Shown: in pieces, positions 62,240 to 64,000 of the stretch
Position numbering within the stretch: the first letter of the stretch is position 1
Layout: the number at the start of each line of letters is the position of its first letter
Assembly: GCA_008632985.1 (NCBI GenBank)
Contig: QPGO01000084.1
Location: forward strand, 248,001 to 312,000
Source of the DNA: Psammoneis japonica
Taxonomy: Eukaryota
Length of the DNA: 64,000 bases
Direction of reading: 5' to 3'
Program-made: the position numbers and the translations under genes
Notes under the pieces: model-generated
Databases searched by the model: none
The model's input: only the letters and a program-made list of their open reading frames with translations
Told to the model about the DNA's origin: nothing

Positions 62240-62830
62240 ATGTCCTACAGCTGTCTTTTGCGAGACGCCTAACAGCAGTGCGGTAGCCCAACCCGTGGGA
62301 GTCTTGTGCAGGAGCAATGAGGTTTCGACACACTAAAGAGTGTTCTCCATAAGGCGGTCCACTGCTCGAGTCTGTAATAGAGTGCAAAAGTGCAGCAGTT
62401 AGAATGGCAACATTGTGCACAAATCACAACACGCACAAAAACAATATTTCAAACACGTCTACACCCCACCAATCGTTAATTGTTCGTCTTGAGAAATTCC
62501 ATGTCGGTCCACTTGACACCCGAATAGGATTTTTGCAATAACACCATGCGCTGCTCCGTTTCACGCAATTGCTTCTTGGCAAAGGCTTGCGCTTCGGCAT
62601 TCGAATGATAGCGCTTGTAGTATAATGCCGATACCCATCCAACTCTCGATTGATCGTGGGCATTGCCTCCGGCACCAAACTTGTCGCACTTGTAGTATGA
62701 TACCCGCAAGCAAGAGTTGGCACCGTGGTCCAATCACCAGAACAGATCCAACTAGGTCTAACTTCGTGTCGACATATCTAATCGAAGTCAGTACGAGGTG
62801 GTGAGTTGAAATGGCGCTCCTCACGTTCCG
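62240..62830 (-). pseudogene. Ariadne-type RBR E3 ubiquitin ligase C-terminal fragment
   Basis: FSWICSGDW, YYKCDKF, LYYKRYHSNAEAQAFAKKQLRETEQRMVLLQ..KWTDMEFLKT..LVGCRRV match the RING2/Ariadne region. Frameshifted. Confidence 0.75.
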
Positions 62831-64000
62831 TACAGAAGCTCCAAGCTTACCTACCTTCTCCAGGACTGTCTGAGTGGTGACGGAAACGCGTTAATGTTTG
62901 TAAATTTGAGTCCAACAACAGCGAGTGGCAATGAAAGTCTCTGTTTCTTGCGATTCATTGAGCTTGGAAAGGCGATCAAGCACATTGAATACTCCAAGTT
63001 GAGAAAGAATTAGTTCCGTTTGGAGAGAGGTAGGGGGGTTATAAGGGAAACCGTTATTCTAAAAGCACGTACCGGTAATATGCAACACAGTTTTTTGTAT
63101 CGTTTTCTTTGAAGTTCCGGCCTATCTCGTTTTTGATTTGTTTCTCTACAGAGAATGCGCCAGAACTTACGATCGAAGGTGATGATTCATAATGGAAATT
63201 GGATACCGTGGAATGCTATAGTACACTCGAGCCCAATCAGTGACGCGACCGATGACGACCGAGCTACCACGCCACAGGACGCTAATGAGCCACAACTCGA
63301 CAACCAACGCATGTGGAGAGGGGAGGTGCTTTGATGCAGTGGCAATGAAGGCATCTACGCACCCAGCGCCACCGTATGTGCTTGACTTGTGAAGAACGCC
63401 ACTCTGTAGATTCGAGCCGACGTCCACTCTGATGGTTCTTCTTCCGCATCTCTTCTCGTCGTTGCTTTCGCTACTGTAGACAAAAAATACTGACGTCTTG
63501 ATTCAGTACATGCTCACAAGGTTGCTGAGTAAAGTGCCTTTCGGGGGGAAAGGCTGGGACTTGTGTCAGCTGAAAACAACGCGTCGTTGAATGCCCGCAA
63601 ATGCTTGACAAGTTGAAGCTCCCTGTCGTCAATTGCATAGCTAGTGCGGCAGTACTGTCTGATGGTGCAGCACTCTCAGATGATGAATGGATACTCTCAC
63701 CTGCATTGGTTCCCCAGATTCGAGCCCCCCCCCCAATAAGCATACGAATACAAATGACACCATTCGAGTCGCATTGTCCAGAAGCGTCAAATTTCCCATC
63801 CACGGTTCCAATAAGCCAATATCAACACGTACATCCGTTCCCAAATACTCATGACTTTGTATTCCGGTTCGTGATATCGTTTTGCATTAATAATAATGAC
63901 ATGGATTCTGAGCGCATAAAGGAATCGAGTACAAGAGACGGAAACTCAGCATCATTCAAAGGTCTTCCCAGCTTGCCACCCTTCTCAATCACAAACAAGA

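Overview
Eukaryotic nuclear DNA, most likely a diatom. The supporting signs are short GT-AG introns, an 'SG-FAP' bipartite plastid presequence and a Ty1/copia remnant. The window is a mosaic of (i) a few apparently intact genes (a plastid/thylakoid-targeted Ala/Lys coiled-coil protein, a TLC-domain ceramide-synthase-like protein and an AP2+JmjC+Zn-finger protein with a 3x525-bp repeat), (ii) many broken fragments of conserved genes (IQ-repeat/ASPM-like, ATRX-like SNF2, kinesin, nucleotide-sugar dehydrogenase, MSH5, MYND, Ariadne RBR), and (iii) transposon debris (copia RT/RNaseH+LTR, a probable RLE non-LTR fragment, a hAT-like transposase, a MITE family with 4-bp TSDs, a foldback element and a CACTA-like MITE). 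The standout signal is six kb-scale domains (~4.8-9.5, 13.3-14.3, 17.4-27.7, 36.7-43.3, 46.2-50.4 and 51.7-56.3 kb) in which TpA dinucleotides have been almost eliminated by TA->TG/CA transitions. Paralog comparisons inside the window show this directly. Conserved Tyr codons become Cys/His, TAA/TAG stops vanish (hence the dense spurious ORFs), and CpG loss lags behind. It looks like a RIP-like, domain-restricted A:T->G:C hypermutation process acting on repeat-rich DNA, with a spectrum I do not recognise from any described pathway. All alignments and counts were done by eye and need computational confirmation.
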